A stretch of DNA of 63,931 nt, the filler included, from Octopus bimaculoides (taxonomy: Eukaryota), in NCBI RefSeq assembly GCF_001194135.2. It is 7 parts of 6 records of this genome, joined end to end, with 100 filler letters (N's around TTAATTAATTAA, not from the genome) between each part and the next. Parts side by side here need not be neighbours in the genome. Positions count along the whole stretch, not along the records: positions 60,518 to 63,931 come from NW_026315298.1; 6 more parts are not named here. One strand, given 5' to 3'. This document shows positions 63,851-63,931 of this stretch, piece by piece. The notes beneath the pieces are model-generated. The model saw only the letters and a list, made by a program, of their open reading frames with translations. It did no database searches and was not told the origin of the DNA. Numbering within the stretch: position 1 is the stretch's first letter; the number at the start of each line of letters is the position of its first letter. A program made the translations under genes and the position numbers.

Positions 63851-63931
63851 TCCTTGAGCAACATGTAATTAAAAAATGTTAAATTGTAAAGAGACTCAAT
63901 TTCTAAAGTTAAAAACTCAAAATTATATATA

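Overview
AT-rich, repeat-dense eukaryotic (animal) DNA with many assembly gaps. It is most likely an Octopus scaffold, inferred from the SINE families, the dense microsatellites and the N-gaps containing TTAATTAATTAA. Almost none of the supplied ORFs are real genes. Reading splice signals by eye recovers two spliced + strand genes that the ORF track misses or shows only in part. (1) Three consecutive in-phase exons (27202-27337, 29565-29672, 30888-31010) encode TM2-TM4 of a class C GPCR of the GABA-B/GPR156 group, most similar to GPR156; its TM1 and TM5-7 exons were not found. (2) Five exons (36723-36879, 38249-38348, 41342-41450, 45509-45606, 49745-49801) encode Mediator subunit MED19 down to its stop codon; exon 1 was not found. 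The rest is mobile DNA: several tRNA-derived SINE families (including a head-to-tail array of about 13 copies after MED19), RTE LINE fragments, a decayed R4/Dong-type retrotransposon inside an (AAT)n tract, a Penelope-like GIY-YIG fragment next to a 204-bp hairpin, and mariner, Tc1, hAT, piggyBac-type and Merlin-like remnants. The best leads are the GPR156-like receptor, a ~98%-identical inverted repeat pair bracketing one MED19 exon, the long hairpin and the SINE array. No database searches were run; all family assignments come from recognised motifs.
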